Shown here piece after piece: positions 18,327-28,633 of a DNA stretch of 64,000 nt. The stretch's first letter is position 1; every line of letters starts with the position of its first letter. A program made the translations under genes and the position numbers. The DNA comes from Acidimicrobiales bacterium (GTDB lineage: Bacteria; Actinomycetota; Acidimicrobiia; Acidimicrobiales; RAAP-2), in contig DASZHK010000107.1 in the NCBI GenBank assembly GCA_035937905.1, positions 536-64,535 on the forward strand, written 5' to 3'. The notes beneath the pieces were generated by a model. It did no database searches. It saw nothing but the letters and a program-made list of their open reading frames with translations, and was not told the origin of the DNA.

Positions 18327-19898
18327 GTGGCAGCAAACTCATCGTTGAACCGACGAACTTTCCTTAAACGGCTGCTCCAGGTGTCGGCCCTGTCGTCGAC
18401 CGCGTTAGCCACGTCGCCACAGGGCCCAGATGGTGGTTCGCTGGCTGCGAGAGTGGCGAAGTTGAAAAGCCTGTCTTCGTCCGGGTGGAGAGAACTTTCT
18501 TCTTCCTTACGAGGTTCGCTCGTCTTGCCATCATCGCCCGGCTACGCAACGAGAGCCCTGCTGTATAACTCGAGATTCGCCAACCTAAAACCGGCCGCGA
18601 TTGCCTACTGTCAAGGCTCGGATGACGTCGCCGCGTGCCTCGACTTCGTCGTAAAGCACGACCTTCCCTTCACGACGCGCTCGGGTGGCCATAGTTACGG
18701 CGGCTACTCCAGCTCTCCGGGTCTCGTCATCGACGTCAGTCGACTCGTGACCATTGACGTTGACGCACAAGCAAAAACGGCCAAGGTTGGCACCGGCGCG
18801 CGACTCATCGACGTCTACAACACGCTCGATCACCACGGGCTCGTCCTGCCAGGTGGCACCTGTCCCACGGTGGGCATCGCCGGCTCGACAATGGGCGGCG
18901 GTGTCGGTGTGTTGGCGCGAAAGTTCGGTCTTACCTGCGATCACCTCATCGGCTCTCGTCTCGTCACCGCCTCTGGTGACCATATTGTCGCCAACGCCGA
19001 TCACCACGCAGACCTCTTGTGGGCAGTGAAGGGAGGCGGCGGCGGAAACTTTGCCATCGCGACCTCGTTCGAGTTCGAGTTGGATCCGATGCCACCCACC
19101 ACGCTGTTCTCGTTGCAGTATCCCTGGAGCGAAGCGGCCGCCGTGCTCGAGGGATGGCAACAGTGGATCAATGCCCAACCCGATGAACTGTGGTCGACCT
19201 GCCAACTCTTCTCCCAAGGTACGGCCGGCTTCCTCGTTCAAGTAAACGGTGTCTTCTGTGGTCCTGAACGCGCTCTCGATACGCACCTGGCTTCGCTCCG
19301 GTCGCTGGTTGGCACTGCGTCGTCGACGTTCGTGGGCGCCGACGCTTACCTTGAGGCGATGAAGATCGAGGCCGGCTGTTCAAAGCTCACCGTCGTCGCG
19401 TGTCACCTCGCCGGTGACGGGCCTGGTGGACTTCTTGGCCACGAGGCCTACGCCGCAAAATCTTCCTACGTCACCACGCCGAACACTCGAGGTCGTACCA
19501 GTGAGTGGGTTCACGCCGTCGAAGTGCTGGCCGCCGAGGCCCCGTACGTGGGCGGGGGCCTGTCGTTTGACTCCTACGGCGGCGCCATAAACCGCGTCGC
19601 GAGGGACGCGACGGCCTTCGTGCACCGCGACAAACTCGCGGGCGTCCAGGCCGCGTACTCCTGGGGAACCCACTCATCGAGTGACGAGATCGCGGCGGGA
19701 GATCGTTGGCTTCGATGGTTGGGCAGTGAAGTCTTTGACGCGCGTGCCGGGGCCTATCAGAATTACATCGATCCGACACTCCGCAATTGGCAAGACGCCT
19801 ATTACGGAGCAAACTTTGACCGACTCATTCGCGTGAAGAACATCTATGACCCCGACAATCGATTCTCGTTCGCTCAGTCAATTCCTCTGCGTCGCTAA
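18327..19898 (+). CDS. Tat-exported FAD-binding oxidoreductase, berberine-bridge-enzyme-like
   Basis: 'NRRTFLK' Tat motif; 'RSGGHSY', 'GTCPTVG', C-terminal 'YQNYID...AYYGANF.RL..VK..YDPDNRF'. Confidence 0.88.
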   Translation: MAANSSLNRRTFLKRLLQVSALSSTALATSPQGPDGGSLAARVAKLKSLSSSGWRELSSSLRGSLVLPSSPGYATRALLYNSRFANLKPAAIAYCQGSDDVAACLDFVVKHDLPFTTRSGGHSYGGYSSSPGLVIDVSRLVTIDVDAQAKTAKVGTGARLIDVYNTLDHHGLVLPGGTCPTVGIAGSTMGGGVGVLARKFGLTCDHLIGSRLVTASGDHIVANADHHADLLWAVKGGGGGNFAIATSFEFELDPMPPTTLFSLQYPWSEAAAVLEGWQQWINAQPDELWSTCQLFSQGTAGFLVQVNGVFCGPERALDTHLASLRSLVGTASSTFVGADAYLEAMKIEAGCSKLTVVACHLAGDGPGGLLGHEAYAAKSSYVTTPNTRGRTSEWVHAVEVLAAEAPYVGGGLSFDSYGGAINRVARDATAFVHRDKLAGVQAAYSWGTHSSSDEIAAGDRWLRWLGSEVFDARAGAYQNYIDPTLRNWQDAYYGANFDRLIRVKNIYDPDNRFSFAQSIPLRR

Positions 19899-19936
19899 CA
19901 CGGATCAGACGACAGCGCACCTTCCCACGTTGGGGA

Positions 19937-20542
19937 TTAGGCGCGTGTGGGATCAAGTCGTCTAATCACGTCTCGCAACGTCGATACCAGATCGGCCGAA
20001 CTCGCCCGATGGTAAATCGGACCCGTGCCGTCACTCAGCAAGGAGTTAGCCATCGCCACGCCACGCGACGTCGGCAGGGGCGCTAACAGAGCGTCCACGA
20101 GAGTATGAATGAGTGCGTTCGCGTCGTTCACGCGGTCACGAAGGGGCGGAACACCGACCGCGCCACGTCCCGACGAATTGCGTGCTTCAACGAGCAGAGC
20201 GAGCCAGTTGTCGGCCAATTTTCTTCGTCGGGCCTTCGAGACGATGAGTTGAGCTCGCGCGGCGAGCAGCTCGCTCGTCTCGGGACCGCGACCGGCGGCG
20301 AGTTTGTTGTCGAGTGACGCACCAAGTACGCGGGCCCCTACCAAGACCCTGAGAGGAACATCCACGGCGCGAGGCGCCTGCGACACGATCGTCTCGACTC
20401 GCGGCCACGACTCTTCCGCGCCCGGGTTCACGAAGTGACCGCGGACCTCTCGGTTCTTCGTTCGGCGCTCGTGGCGACGTACTCTCGCCGCCTCGCGTCT
20501 CCGTCCACGGTTTGAAAACTTGAACCAATTATCGATGCGCAT
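19937..20542 (-). CDS. hypothetical protein
   Basis: 201 aa with SD (CAGGAG) before ATG; C-terminal 'GVAMANSLLSDGTGPIY' pattern seen in actinobacterial hypotheticals. Confidence 0.65.
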   Translation of the reverse strand: MRIDNWFKFSNRGRRREAARVRRHERRTKNREVRGHFVNPGAEESWPRVETIVSQAPRAVDVPLRVLVGARVLGASLDNKLAAGRGPETSELLAARAQLIVSKARRRKLADNWLALLVEARNSSGRGAVGVPPLRDRVNDANALIHTLVDALLAPLPTSRGVAMANSLLSDGTGPIYHRASSADLVSTLRDVIRRLDPTRA

Positions 20543-20778
20543 TCTTTACTCCTGGGGGAATCTGTTACTCACAATGCTTGCTTGCTCGTTTAAGAAAACT
20601 TCTAAAAAATCGTTCGAAACTCGTCATAATTTCTTAACGATGCGTTCGTCTTGACGCACGCAAGCATCCTTTCCATCGCGACCGCGTGATGCACGCCGCG
20701 ACGGAGCGGATCGATACTCGACTAAAAGTTCACTCGTGTGAAATTCGCGCTCTTCAGCACCAACGTGCAACGGCGGCG

Positions 20779-22239
20779 CTAGTGAACCAACTGCGGCTCG
20801 GCGACACGACGCTTTGACATGCGAGCGACGGTGAAGACCAGGCCGACCAAGGAGATCGCCGCAACCACGGTGATGGCCGTCGTCATACCGGGCAAGAGTT
20901 GCCCGTGACGCGCGGCGGTGGCGCCAGGCCCGATGATGGCGGTCGTCACCGCGAGGACGATCGCTCCGCCGACTTGGATGCTGGTGTTCACGAGGCCCGA
21001 GGCGAGGCCCTGTTCGTGATCCGCTATACCCGCGGTCGCTTGGGAGTTGATCGACGGAAAGCAGAGTGCGAAGCCGACGCCGAGGAGCACCATCGTGGGC
21101 AGCAAGAAGTTGACGTAGGGCATTCCGGGGTTGACGCGAAGAAAGAGGAGGTAGCCAACGAGGAACGCCGCCAATCCACCCGCGATGAGGTTCGTCGTTT
21201 CGAAGCGCTCGAGTATTGCCGCCATCTTGGTCGAGCTCGCGACGACGATCAAGCCCGTGGGCAAGAAGCCCATGGCCATGGCGAGAGGCGACCAGTGCAG
21301 TGAATCCTGGAGGTACAGCGTCGCCACGAACTGGAACGACATGTAGCCGCCGAACATCACGGCGCCAGCGAGGTTGGCGTGCACGAGCGACGCCGAGCGA
21401 AGGATGCCGAGACGAAGCAGTGGTCGTGGGTGACGTCGTTCGATGACCACGAAGGTGACCAGTAGTACAGCGGTTGCAACGAGTCCACCCAGTGTGCCGA
21501 CACTCATCCAACCACGTGCCGGAGCTTCCACCACGGTGAAGACGAGCAACATCAGTCCCGCGGTGCTCGTCAAGGCACCGAAGAGATCGAAGTGCCCAAG
21601 TGAGACGCGCTCTCTCGTCGCGCGAGGAATCACTCGAAGTCCTGCCGCGACCAAGGCCAACGCAACGGGCCCTGGGACCAGGAACGTTGCGCGCCAGCCC
21701 AGCTCGGTGAGCAGTCCCCCGAAGACAAGTCCGAGCGAGAAGCCGCTGGCCCCGCACACCGTGTAGATCGAGAGTGCGCGGTTGCGAGCGATCCCTTCGG
21801 AGAAGGTCGTCGTGATGATCGAAAGTCCGGCTGGAACGGTGAAGGCGGCCGACGCACCCTTGATGAAGCGCAGCGCGATCAACGCCGCGTCGTTGCTGAG
21901 AAAGGCACTCACGACCGACGCGACACCAAAAACGGTCACCGCGGTGAGGAAGACGGAGCGCCGCCCGAGGAGGTCGCTCGCGCGACCACCGAGCAAGAGA
22001 AGTCCCCCGTAGCCGAGGACGTAACCACTCACAATCCACTGCAACGCGCTGGCACTCAAGTGGAGGTTGCGACCGATGGACGGGAGGGCGACGCCGACCA
22101 TCGAGATGTCGAGGCCGTCCAGGAAGAGGGCTCCGCAGGTGACGACGAGGAGGATCCAGATTGCGGTGGTCCAGCGGGTGTCGCCGTCGACGGGCTTTGA
22201 GGGGGAAATTGGCATGACGAAAAGTATATGTGTATACAT
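20779..22239 (-). CDS. MFS transporter, DHA2 (EmrB/QacA-like)
   Basis: 14-TM pattern, 'LDISMVGVALPSI', 'GGRASDLLGRR'; alternative start ATG 22215. Confidence 0.9.
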   Translation of the reverse strand: MYTHILFVMPISPSKPVDGDTRWTTAIWILLVVTCGALFLDGLDISMVGVALPSIGRNLHLSASALQWIVSGYVLGYGGLLLLGGRASDLLGRRSVFLTAVTVFGVASVVSAFLSNDAALIALRFIKGASAAFTVPAGLSIITTTFSEGIARNRALSIYTVCGASGFSLGLVFGGLLTELGWRATFLVPGPVALALVAAGLRVIPRATRERVSLGHFDLFGALTSTAGLMLLVFTVVEAPARGWMSVGTLGGLVATAVLLVTFVVIERRHPRPLLRLGILRSASLVHANLAGAVMFGGYMSFQFVATLYLQDSLHWSPLAMAMGFLPTGLIVVASSTKMAAILERFETTNLIAGGLAAFLVGYLLFLRVNPGMPYVNFLLPTMVLLGVGFALCFPSINSQATAGIADHEQGLASGLVNTSIQVGGAIVLAVTTAIIGPGATAARHGQLLPGMTTAITVVAAISLVGLVFTVARMSKRRVAEPQLVH

Positions 22240-22263
22240 CTAATGTTTACGCATTTAATGCGT
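22236..22263. promoter_or_regulatory. tandem palindromic operator candidates between MFS and MarR genes
   Basis: ACAT-CTA-ATGT (22236-22246) and ACGCATT-T-AATGCGT (22249-22263). Confidence 0.55.
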
Positions 22264-22299
22264 GTGCGTGGAATTGGAATTACCTGATAATCTGATGCC

Positions 22300-22686
22300 G
22301 TGGCAAAAGCCCTGAACGAAGACCAGTTAGCAGCCGAGTGGCATGAGCTGATGGGTCGGTTCCGTCGCCTCTTGTGCAGTCTTGATCGCGAACTCGAAAA
22401 CAAGCACGGGATCACCGCCAGTGATTTCGAAGTGCTTCAACTCTTGGTCGAAGCCCCCAAGGGCAAGTTACGACTGCATGAATTGGGAGAACACGCCCAC
22501 CTCACCCAAAGCGCCCTCTCGCGCCTCGTCGCCAAACTCGAGGCGGACGGCCTGGTCGAGCGCTGTATGTGCGACGACGACCGACGCTCAGTCTTCGCAA
22601 CGATCACCGCGTCCGGTCGAAAGCGCTACGTGCAGGCTCGGCCCACACAGCGAGCGATACTTCGCACCGAGGCGCAGTCCGTCTGA
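22300..22686 (+). CDS. MarR family transcriptional regulator
   Basis: wHTH 'LTQSALSRLVAKLEADGLVER...DRRSVFATIT..G'; divergent from MFS. Confidence 0.9.
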   Translation: MAKALNEDQLAAEWHELMGRFRRLLCSLDRELENKHGITASDFEVLQLLVEAPKGKLRLHELGEHAHLTQSALSRLVAKLEADGLVERCMCDDDRRSVFATITASGRKRYVQARPTQRAILRTEAQSV

Positions 22687-22694
22687 CTCCACCA

Positions 22695-22713
22695 GACACT
22701 CCTCTCGAGTGTC
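22695..22713 (+). terminator. hairpin after MarR gene
   Basis: GACACTC-ctctc-GAGTGTC. Confidence 0.45.
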
Positions 22714-22934
22714 CGACCGATGTGGTGACGACGCAGGTGTGAGCGTGACGTGAACGTCATACCAAGTTTTGGTTACGTGATGGCGACGAGAGGCTCGCGC
22801 GAACTCCCTCAACATCGGCCCAACTTTTTTGAAGCTGCGCGCACGTGAAACTCGAGGGTCGTTAAACTTCGTTGTTCGCAAATTGCGCGTAACGCTTCTT
22901 GAAGCGACATCCCTCAGCCGAGAGGAAACCGATA

Positions 22935-24179
22935 ATGACCCCCTTTGAAGAGCTCGAATCGAATGTTCGTTACTACTGTCGCCAGTGGCCTGCCATCTTC
23001 TCAACGGCCCTCGGTTCGACGATCACCGCCGAGGACGGCACAGAGTATCTGGACTTTTTTGCGGGTGCGGGAGCTCTCTCGTACGGTCACAACAACCCGG
23101 TCCTTGTCGAGGTCGCCATTGAGCACCTGCGCGCCGGCAAGCTCCTTCACAGTCTCGACACCTACACGGTCGAGAAGCGCCGTTTCCTCGAAGCGATGCA
23201 GCAGCACGTTCTTCTCCCGCGCAAACTCGACATGGTCATCCAGACCGTCGGTCCTACCGGCGCCACGGCCGTCGAGGCCGCACTGCAACTAGCCCAGCGC
23301 GTCTCCGGCCGTCGCGGTGTCGTCGGATTCGACGGCAGTTATCACGGCATGACGTACAAGACGGCGTCGATCTCGGCGTCCATGGCGGGTAGAGCACTCA
23401 CGGCTCATCTCAAGGAGTTCGTGGCACTGCCTTACGTGCGCAACCTCACCGACGCGGATCTAGAGCTCCTCGAGCGAACACTTGACTCTACGGTTGACGG
23501 TGAGCGCGTCGGCGCGGTCATTATTGAGTCGACCCAAGGTGAGGGTGGCGCTCGCCCCTTCGATCCGTTATACCTGCGAGCCATCCGCGAGCGCTGCAGC
23601 GAGCGCGGCATTCTGGTCATCGCCGACGAGATCCAGGCGGGCGTCGGGCGCACCGGCGCGTTCTTCTCCTTCGAAGGATCGGGGCTTGACCCGGACATCG
23701 TGTGTGTCTCCAAGTCCATCAGCGGCCTCGGCCTTCCCATGGCGCTCAACCTCGTTCGCCGCGACCTTGACACGTGGTCACCGGGCGAGTTCTCGGGAAC
23801 GTTCCGCGGAACCAACCTGGCGTTCGCCACGTCGGCCACGATGCTCGAAACCTACTGGGCCGACTCGAATCTTGAAAAGAACACCGAGCGGCGCGGCCTT
23901 ACGGTTCGATCCGCGCTCGAAGAAATATCCGATCGCTTCAGCGGCGGCAACTTCGTGACGCGAGGCAATGGTCTCCTGTGCGGACTCGACGTCGGTGACA
24001 CGAAGTTGGCCGCGGACATCGCCGCAGCGGCCTTTGAGCGTCGCCTCATCGTCGAAACGTGCGGCGCGGGCGATACCACCGTCAAATTGTTACCGCCCAT
24101 CGTGATCGACGAGGACCAGTTGGCCGACGGTCTCGCGAGACTGAGCGACGCCGTCGCCAGCGCTTGCGCAGCACGTTGA
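22935..24179 (+). CDS. dat: diaminobutyrate--2-oxoglutarate transaminase (Dat/EctB family)
   Basis: 'ESNVRYYCR', 'DFFAGAGALSYGHN', 'DEIQAGVGRTG', PLP Lys 'SKSISG', 'GTFRG'. Confidence 0.88.
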   Translation: MTPFEELESNVRYYCRQWPAIFSTALGSTITAEDGTEYLDFFAGAGALSYGHNNPVLVEVAIEHLRAGKLLHSLDTYTVEKRRFLEAMQQHVLLPRKLDMVIQTVGPTGATAVEAALQLAQRVSGRRGVVGFDGSYHGMTYKTASISASMAGRALTAHLKEFVALPYVRNLTDADLELLERTLDSTVDGERVGAVIIESTQGEGGARPFDPLYLRAIRERCSERGILVIADEIQAGVGRTGAFFSFEGSGLDPDIVCVSKSISGLGLPMALNLVRRDLDTWSPGEFSGTFRGTNLAFATSATMLETYWADSNLEKNTERRGLTVRSALEEISDRFSGGNFVTRGNGLLCGLDVGDTKLAADIAAAAFERRLIVETCGAGDTTVKLLPPIVIDEDQLADGLARLSDAVASACAAR

Positions 24180-25621
24180 ACCACGCCGATGACTGGCAAG
24201 ACGTCGTCGTAACGTTCGATAGCGAGGGACTGGAAACGCTCGCCAGTGCCGCGGCGGCGGCAATCGAGAGCCTTCGTCGTCCAGCGTCAGGCCCGAGGTC
24301 CAACGCGACGCCGTCGGAACTTCACGACCTTGTCGAGACCCTCGACGTATGTCCCGACGACGGCGTCGATCTGAACACGGTCCTCGCCGAAATGGGATCC
24401 ATTGTCTGGTCCCACGGCGTCGTGGTGAGTGACCCGGCGACTGTCGCGCATCTCCACCCTCCGACGTTGGTGCCCGCCGTCGTCGCGGAACTCGCTATCG
24501 CGGCCACCAATCAGTCAATGGATTCCTGGGACCAGTCCCCGGCCGCGACGGAAGTCGAACTTCACCTCATGCGATGGCTCGCCACCGTGATGGGTCTGCC
24601 CGACAGCGGTTCGGGCGTCATGACGTCGGGGGGAACCGCGTCAAACGTCCTCGCGATGACGCTCGCGCGATCGTGGGCAGCGAAGACCCTGGGCGTTAAC
24701 GTCCTGAAGGCCGGACTCCCCCAAGAAGCCGCGCAGTGGCGGATCGTCTGTTCTGACCAGGCCCACTTCTCGGTGCAGCGAGCCGCCGCCCAACTCGGAC
24801 TCGGTCGCGACGCGGTGACCACCGTCGAGACCTCGCCGTCGGGGGCAATGGACGTGCGCGCGCTCGATCGCGCGCTCGACGAGATGACCAATTCGGGACT
24901 TCGGCCCATCGCGCTCGTGGGCACCGCTGGTACGACGGACTTGGGCGCTGTCGATCCACTTCGCGAACTAGCCGAGCGTGCGCGTCGTCACGACGTGTGG
25001 TTCCACGTTGACGCCGCAGTGGCGGGCGCCTTCATGCTCTCTCATCGGCTCGCTCCGGCGTTGTCGGGAATTGAACTCGCCGACTCGGTGACCATTGACT
25101 TTCACAAACTCTGGTGGCAGCCCTTCAACGCCAGTGCCCTCGTCGTGCGCGACGTCGAGCGTTTCGACCTCTTGCGTGTCACGTCCGACTACCTCGACCG
25201 CGGCGACGAACTCGAGGGTGTCGTGAATCTCGTCGGACGCTCACTCGACACGTCGCGTCGATTCGACGCGGCGAAAGTGGTCACGACGCTTCGAACGCTC
25301 GGTCGACGAACGATGGCGGAGATGCTCGAACACCTGGTCGAGCTCAGCCGCTACGCGGGTTCAAGGATCGAATCCCACCCGCAACTCGAACTCGTCGCGT
25401 CACCGGTCTCGGTGACGTGTGTCTTCAGTTCGCGTGACGCCAGCGATGACGACCTGCGACACGTCCAACAGCGGCTCCTCGTTCGAGGAGAGATGGTCCT
25501 CGGTCGAACAAGGATCAAGGATCGCGCGGCACTGAAGTTCACGTTCATGAATCCCATGACGACGACCGACGACGTCGATCGGCTCGTTGACCTCGTGGCA
25601 CGCGAACTCGGCGCGCTCTAG
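24176..25621 (+). CDS. ddc: PLP-dependent group II decarboxylase (L-2,4-diaminobutyrate decarboxylase-like)
   Basis: 'AHLHPP', 'SGGTASN', 'HFSVQRAA', 'HVDAA', PLP Lys 'DFHK'; TTG start overlaps dat stop (TTGA). Confidence 0.85.
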   Translation: MNHADDWQDVVVTFDSEGLETLASAAAAAIESLRRPASGPRSNATPSELHDLVETLDVCPDDGVDLNTVLAEMGSIVWSHGVVVSDPATVAHLHPPTLVPAVVAELAIAATNQSMDSWDQSPAATEVELHLMRWLATVMGLPDSGSGVMTSGGTASNVLAMTLARSWAAKTLGVNVLKAGLPQEAAQWRIVCSDQAHFSVQRAAAQLGLGRDAVTTVETSPSGAMDVRALDRALDEMTNSGLRPIALVGTAGTTDLGAVDPLRELAERARRHDVWFHVDAAVAGAFMLSHRLAPALSGIELADSVTIDFHKLWWQPFNASALVVRDVERFDLLRVTSDYLDRGDELEGVVNLVGRSLDTSRRFDAAKVVTTLRTLGRRTMAEMLEHLVELSRYAGSRIESHPQLELVASPVSVTCVFSSRDASDDDLRHVQQRLLVRGEMVLGRTRIKDRAALKFTFMNPMTTTDDVDRLVDLVARELGAL

Positions 25622-25664
25622 GGCGCTCGGACCAAACGCCCCTCGTCATTAACCTGTCAGTCGC

Positions 25665-27374
25665 GTGCCAATTCTCATCGACCTTCAAAAAGTAAAACTC
25701 CAGGGATCTGACCGAAGCCTTTTGGACAACCTCGACTTGACGGTCTCCACCGGCGACCGCATCGGCGTCGTGGGCATCAACGGCGTCGGAAAGACGACGT
25801 TGCTCAAGATCATCGCCGGCACGTTGCAACCAGACTCTGGCGACATCCGCCGCGGTCGAGGTATCCACGTTGGCTTCCTCGAACAGATCCCTTCGCTGCC
25901 CGTCGGCACCGTTCGCGACACGTTGGGATCCGGTTGGCAAGTCGACGCCGCGCTGGACCGCTTAGGGATGCTAAGTAGCGCCGACGTCGACACGACCCAG
26001 CTCTCGGGCGGCCAACTCAAACGAGTGGCGCTGGCTCGCGTCTTCGCAGAACCGAACGACGTGCTCATCCTGGACGAACCAACGAACCATTTGGACTTGA
26101 GTGCTATTCAGTGGCTCGAGCAGCAGATCATGAACTTTCGAGGCGCCGTCATCCTGGTCAGCCACGATCGTTTCCTCCTCGATCAGGTCACCACTCGCAT
26201 GGTCGAGATCGACCGTGGCAAGACCTACGTGCACGCCGGTGGCTATTCGCGACTACTAGAGACCCAGGCCGAACGTGAAGAGCAGGCCGCCTCCGCCGAG
26301 CAAGTTCGTCGCAACCTCGCCAAGACCGAACTCGCGTGGCTTCGCCGGGGCGTGAAGGCGCGCTCCACCAAACCTCAAGCTCGTATCGACGCGGCGACGC
26401 GGCTCTTGGCCCTGCGACCCGACGCCGCGGCGCGCGCGGGCACGCTCGACCTCAGCGTGGTGACGCCACGACTCGGCACCATGGTCCTCAAAGCGCACCA
26501 CGTCTCCTTCTCCTACGACGGCGAGCGCCAGGTACTGCACGACGTCGACCTCGACTTAGGTCCCGGTGACCGCGTGGGGATCGTTGGACCCAACGGATCG
26601 GGCAAGTCAACGTTCGTCAATCTCCTCGCGCAGCGAGTGGAGCCGACGAGCGGAACCGTGAAGCGCGGCCCCACGGTCGTCACGGCGTATCTCGATCAAG
26701 AAGGGGGTGAGTTCGACTTGGAAAAGACCGTCCAAGAACTCGTCGCCGGACCCCAGGGCGTACCGGGATCCCTCGACGACGTCGCCCTCATGAAGCGCTT
26801 CTGGTTCACCGGGGCGCTGCCCACGACCAAAGCCAAAGACCTCTCCGGAGGTGAGCGGCGGCGACTTCAGTTATTGCTCGCGCTGTCGATCCATCCCAAC
26901 GTGCTCTTCCTGGACGAACCGACCAACGACCTTGACCTCGAAACGATTCGACTCATCGAGGAGTTCCTCAGTCAGTGGCCCGGCACGCTCATCGTGGTCT
27001 CACACGACCGAACGTTTCTCAGTCGTACAACCGATCGACTGCTGGAAGTGCACGCTGACGGCACCATCGCGGACGTCCCCGGAGGCATCGACGCGTGGAT
27101 CGCTCGTGCGACGGGCGTAACCGTATCGTCCACGTCAAGCGACGAGCCCGACGGTGCAACGAGTGCGTCTACTTCGTCGGACGTTCCCACCGGCCGTCAA
27201 ATCCGTGACGCCGAGAAAGAGATGTCGCGGCTCGAACGACGCCGCAAGACGATCACCGACAAGATCCTCGCGTCGCACGACCATACGGAGCAGACCCGAC
27301 TCGGCACCGAGTTGGCTGACGTGCAAAAAGCGCTCGGCCACGCCGAGGAGTACTGGTTGACGCTCGTCAACTAA
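25665..27374 (+). CDS. ABC-F family ATP-binding protein (Uup-like)
   Basis: Two ABC cassettes (GINGVGKT, GPNGSGKS, LSGG, DEPTN), no TM, C-terminal coiled coil. Confidence 0.92.
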   Translation: MPILIDLQKVKLQGSDRSLLDNLDLTVSTGDRIGVVGINGVGKTTLLKIIAGTLQPDSGDIRRGRGIHVGFLEQIPSLPVGTVRDTLGSGWQVDAALDRLGMLSSADVDTTQLSGGQLKRVALARVFAEPNDVLILDEPTNHLDLSAIQWLEQQIMNFRGAVILVSHDRFLLDQVTTRMVEIDRGKTYVHAGGYSRLLETQAEREEQAASAEQVRRNLAKTELAWLRRGVKARSTKPQARIDAATRLLALRPDAAARAGTLDLSVVTPRLGTMVLKAHHVSFSYDGERQVLHDVDLDLGPGDRVGIVGPNGSGKSTFVNLLAQRVEPTSGTVKRGPTVVTAYLDQEGGEFDLEKTVQELVAGPQGVPGSLDDVALMKRFWFTGALPTTKAKDLSGGERRRLQLLLALSIHPNVLFLDEPTNDLDLETIRLIEEFLSQWPGTLIVVSHDRTFLSRTTDRLLEVHADGTIADVPGGIDAWIARATGVTVSSTSSDEPDGATSASTSSDVPTGRQIRDAEKEMSRLERRRKTITDKILASHDHTEQTRLGTELADVQKALGHAEEYWLTLVN

Positions 27375-27484
27375 GACCGCGGTCGCCGCGCCAACGCGCG
27401 CCGGAGTCAGATCGCGCCTTCTCGCGTCGCGCGCACGCTCGTCGGAGAGTTTGCGCAACACGTTGCGGTAGCCTGGATTCCTCT

Positions 27485-28564
27485 ATGGGGCTCGCCATCG
27501 GTATCGTCGGTCTACCGAACGTTGGAAAATCAACGCTTTTCAACGCGCTCACGAAGAACAACGTGCTGGCGGCCAACTATCCCTTTGCGACCATCGAGCC
27601 CAACGTCGGCGTCGTCGCGGTGCCCGACGAGCGATTGAACGTCCTCGCGTCGATGTTCCACTCCGAGAAGATCATCTCGGCGGTCGTCAATTTCGTCGAC
27701 ATCGCGGGCATCGTGCGCGGGGCGTCAACGGGTGAAGGGCTGGGCAACCAGTTCCTCGCGGCCATTCGAGAGTCCGACGCCATCTGTGAGGTCGTTCGCG
27801 TCTTCGAAGACGACGACGTCATCCACGTTGACGGACGAATCGATCCCGCGAGCGACGTCGCGACCATCGAGACGGAGCTGATTCTCGCCGATCTCCAGAC
27901 CGTCGAGCGCGCCGCCGCGAAATTGGAACGAGGGGCCAAGAAGGGCGGCGACGACGCGCTCCGATTGGCCGAATACAAAAAGGCCCAGGCGGCACTCAAT
28001 GACGGTCACGTCATCTCACAGATCGGCAAGGAACTCGACCGGTCGTTGCTGTTCGACCTTCACCTCTTGACGGACAAGCCCTTCATCTACGTCTTCAACG
28101 TCGACGAAGAGACCCTCGGCGATCAAGCGCGCCAGGATGAACTGAAGGCGTCCGTCGCGCCCTCGCTCAGCGTCGTTCTCTGCGCCAAGGTCGAGGCCGA
28201 ACTCTCCGAACTTGATGACACCGAAGCACTTGAACTGTTGCAGTCCTATGGTCAGGAGGAGTCGGGACTCGCCCAACTCTCGCGCGTCGGCTTCTCCACC
28301 CTCGGTCTGCAGACGTTTCTGACGGCCGGTCCGAAGGAAGCGCGAGCCTGGACGATCCGTTCCGGTGAAACGGCGCCCGAAGCGGCCGGTGAGATCCACA
28401 CCGACTTTCAAAAGCACTTCATCAAAGCCGAAGTCGTGTCGTACGAGGACCTCATCGCGGCCGGATCCATGGCAGCCGTGAAAGCCGCGGGCAAAGCACG
28501 GGTCGAGGGCAAGGAGTACGTCATGCGCGACGGGGACGTCGTTGAGTTCCGCGTGGGCGTGTAA
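27485..28564 (+). CDS. ychF: redox-regulated ATPase YchF
   Basis: '[12 protein letters not shown]', '[10 protein letters not shown]', 'DIAG', TGS domain 'GEIHTDF'. Confidence 0.97.
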   Translation: MGLAIGIVGLPNVGKSTLFNALTKNNVLAANYPFATIEPNVGVVAVPDERLNVLASMFHSEKIISAVVNFVDIAGIVRGASTGEGLGNQFLAAIRESDAICEVVRVFEDDDVIHVDGRIDPASDVATIETELILADLQTVERAAAKLERGAKKGGDDALRLAEYKKAQAALNDGHVISQIGKELDRSLLFDLHLLTDKPFIYVFNVDEETLGDQARQDELKASVAPSLSVVLCAKVEAELSELDDTEALELLQSYGQEESGLAQLSRVGFSTLGLQTFLTAGPKEARAWTIRSGETAPEAAGEIHTDFQKHFIKAEVVSYEDLIAAGSMAAVKAAGKARVEGKEYVMRDGDVVEFRVGV

Positions 28565-28633
28565 GCGTTACAATTGCCCTAGGCGAGTACGACAGAGGTC
28601 GGCGCCTGGAAACTTCGAACTCCTAGGAGAACC

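Noticed and set aside
20624-22039. Long Arg-rich ORFs overlapping real genes (also 32774-33601, 36908-37813, 43920-44915, 45770-46963, 51471-52172 and others)
   Set aside because: Shadow frames of high-GC coding sequence; no motifs
22935-24179. Ectoine biosynthesis (ectB)
   Set aside because: No ectA or ectC adjacent; coupling to a decarboxylase fits dat-ddc
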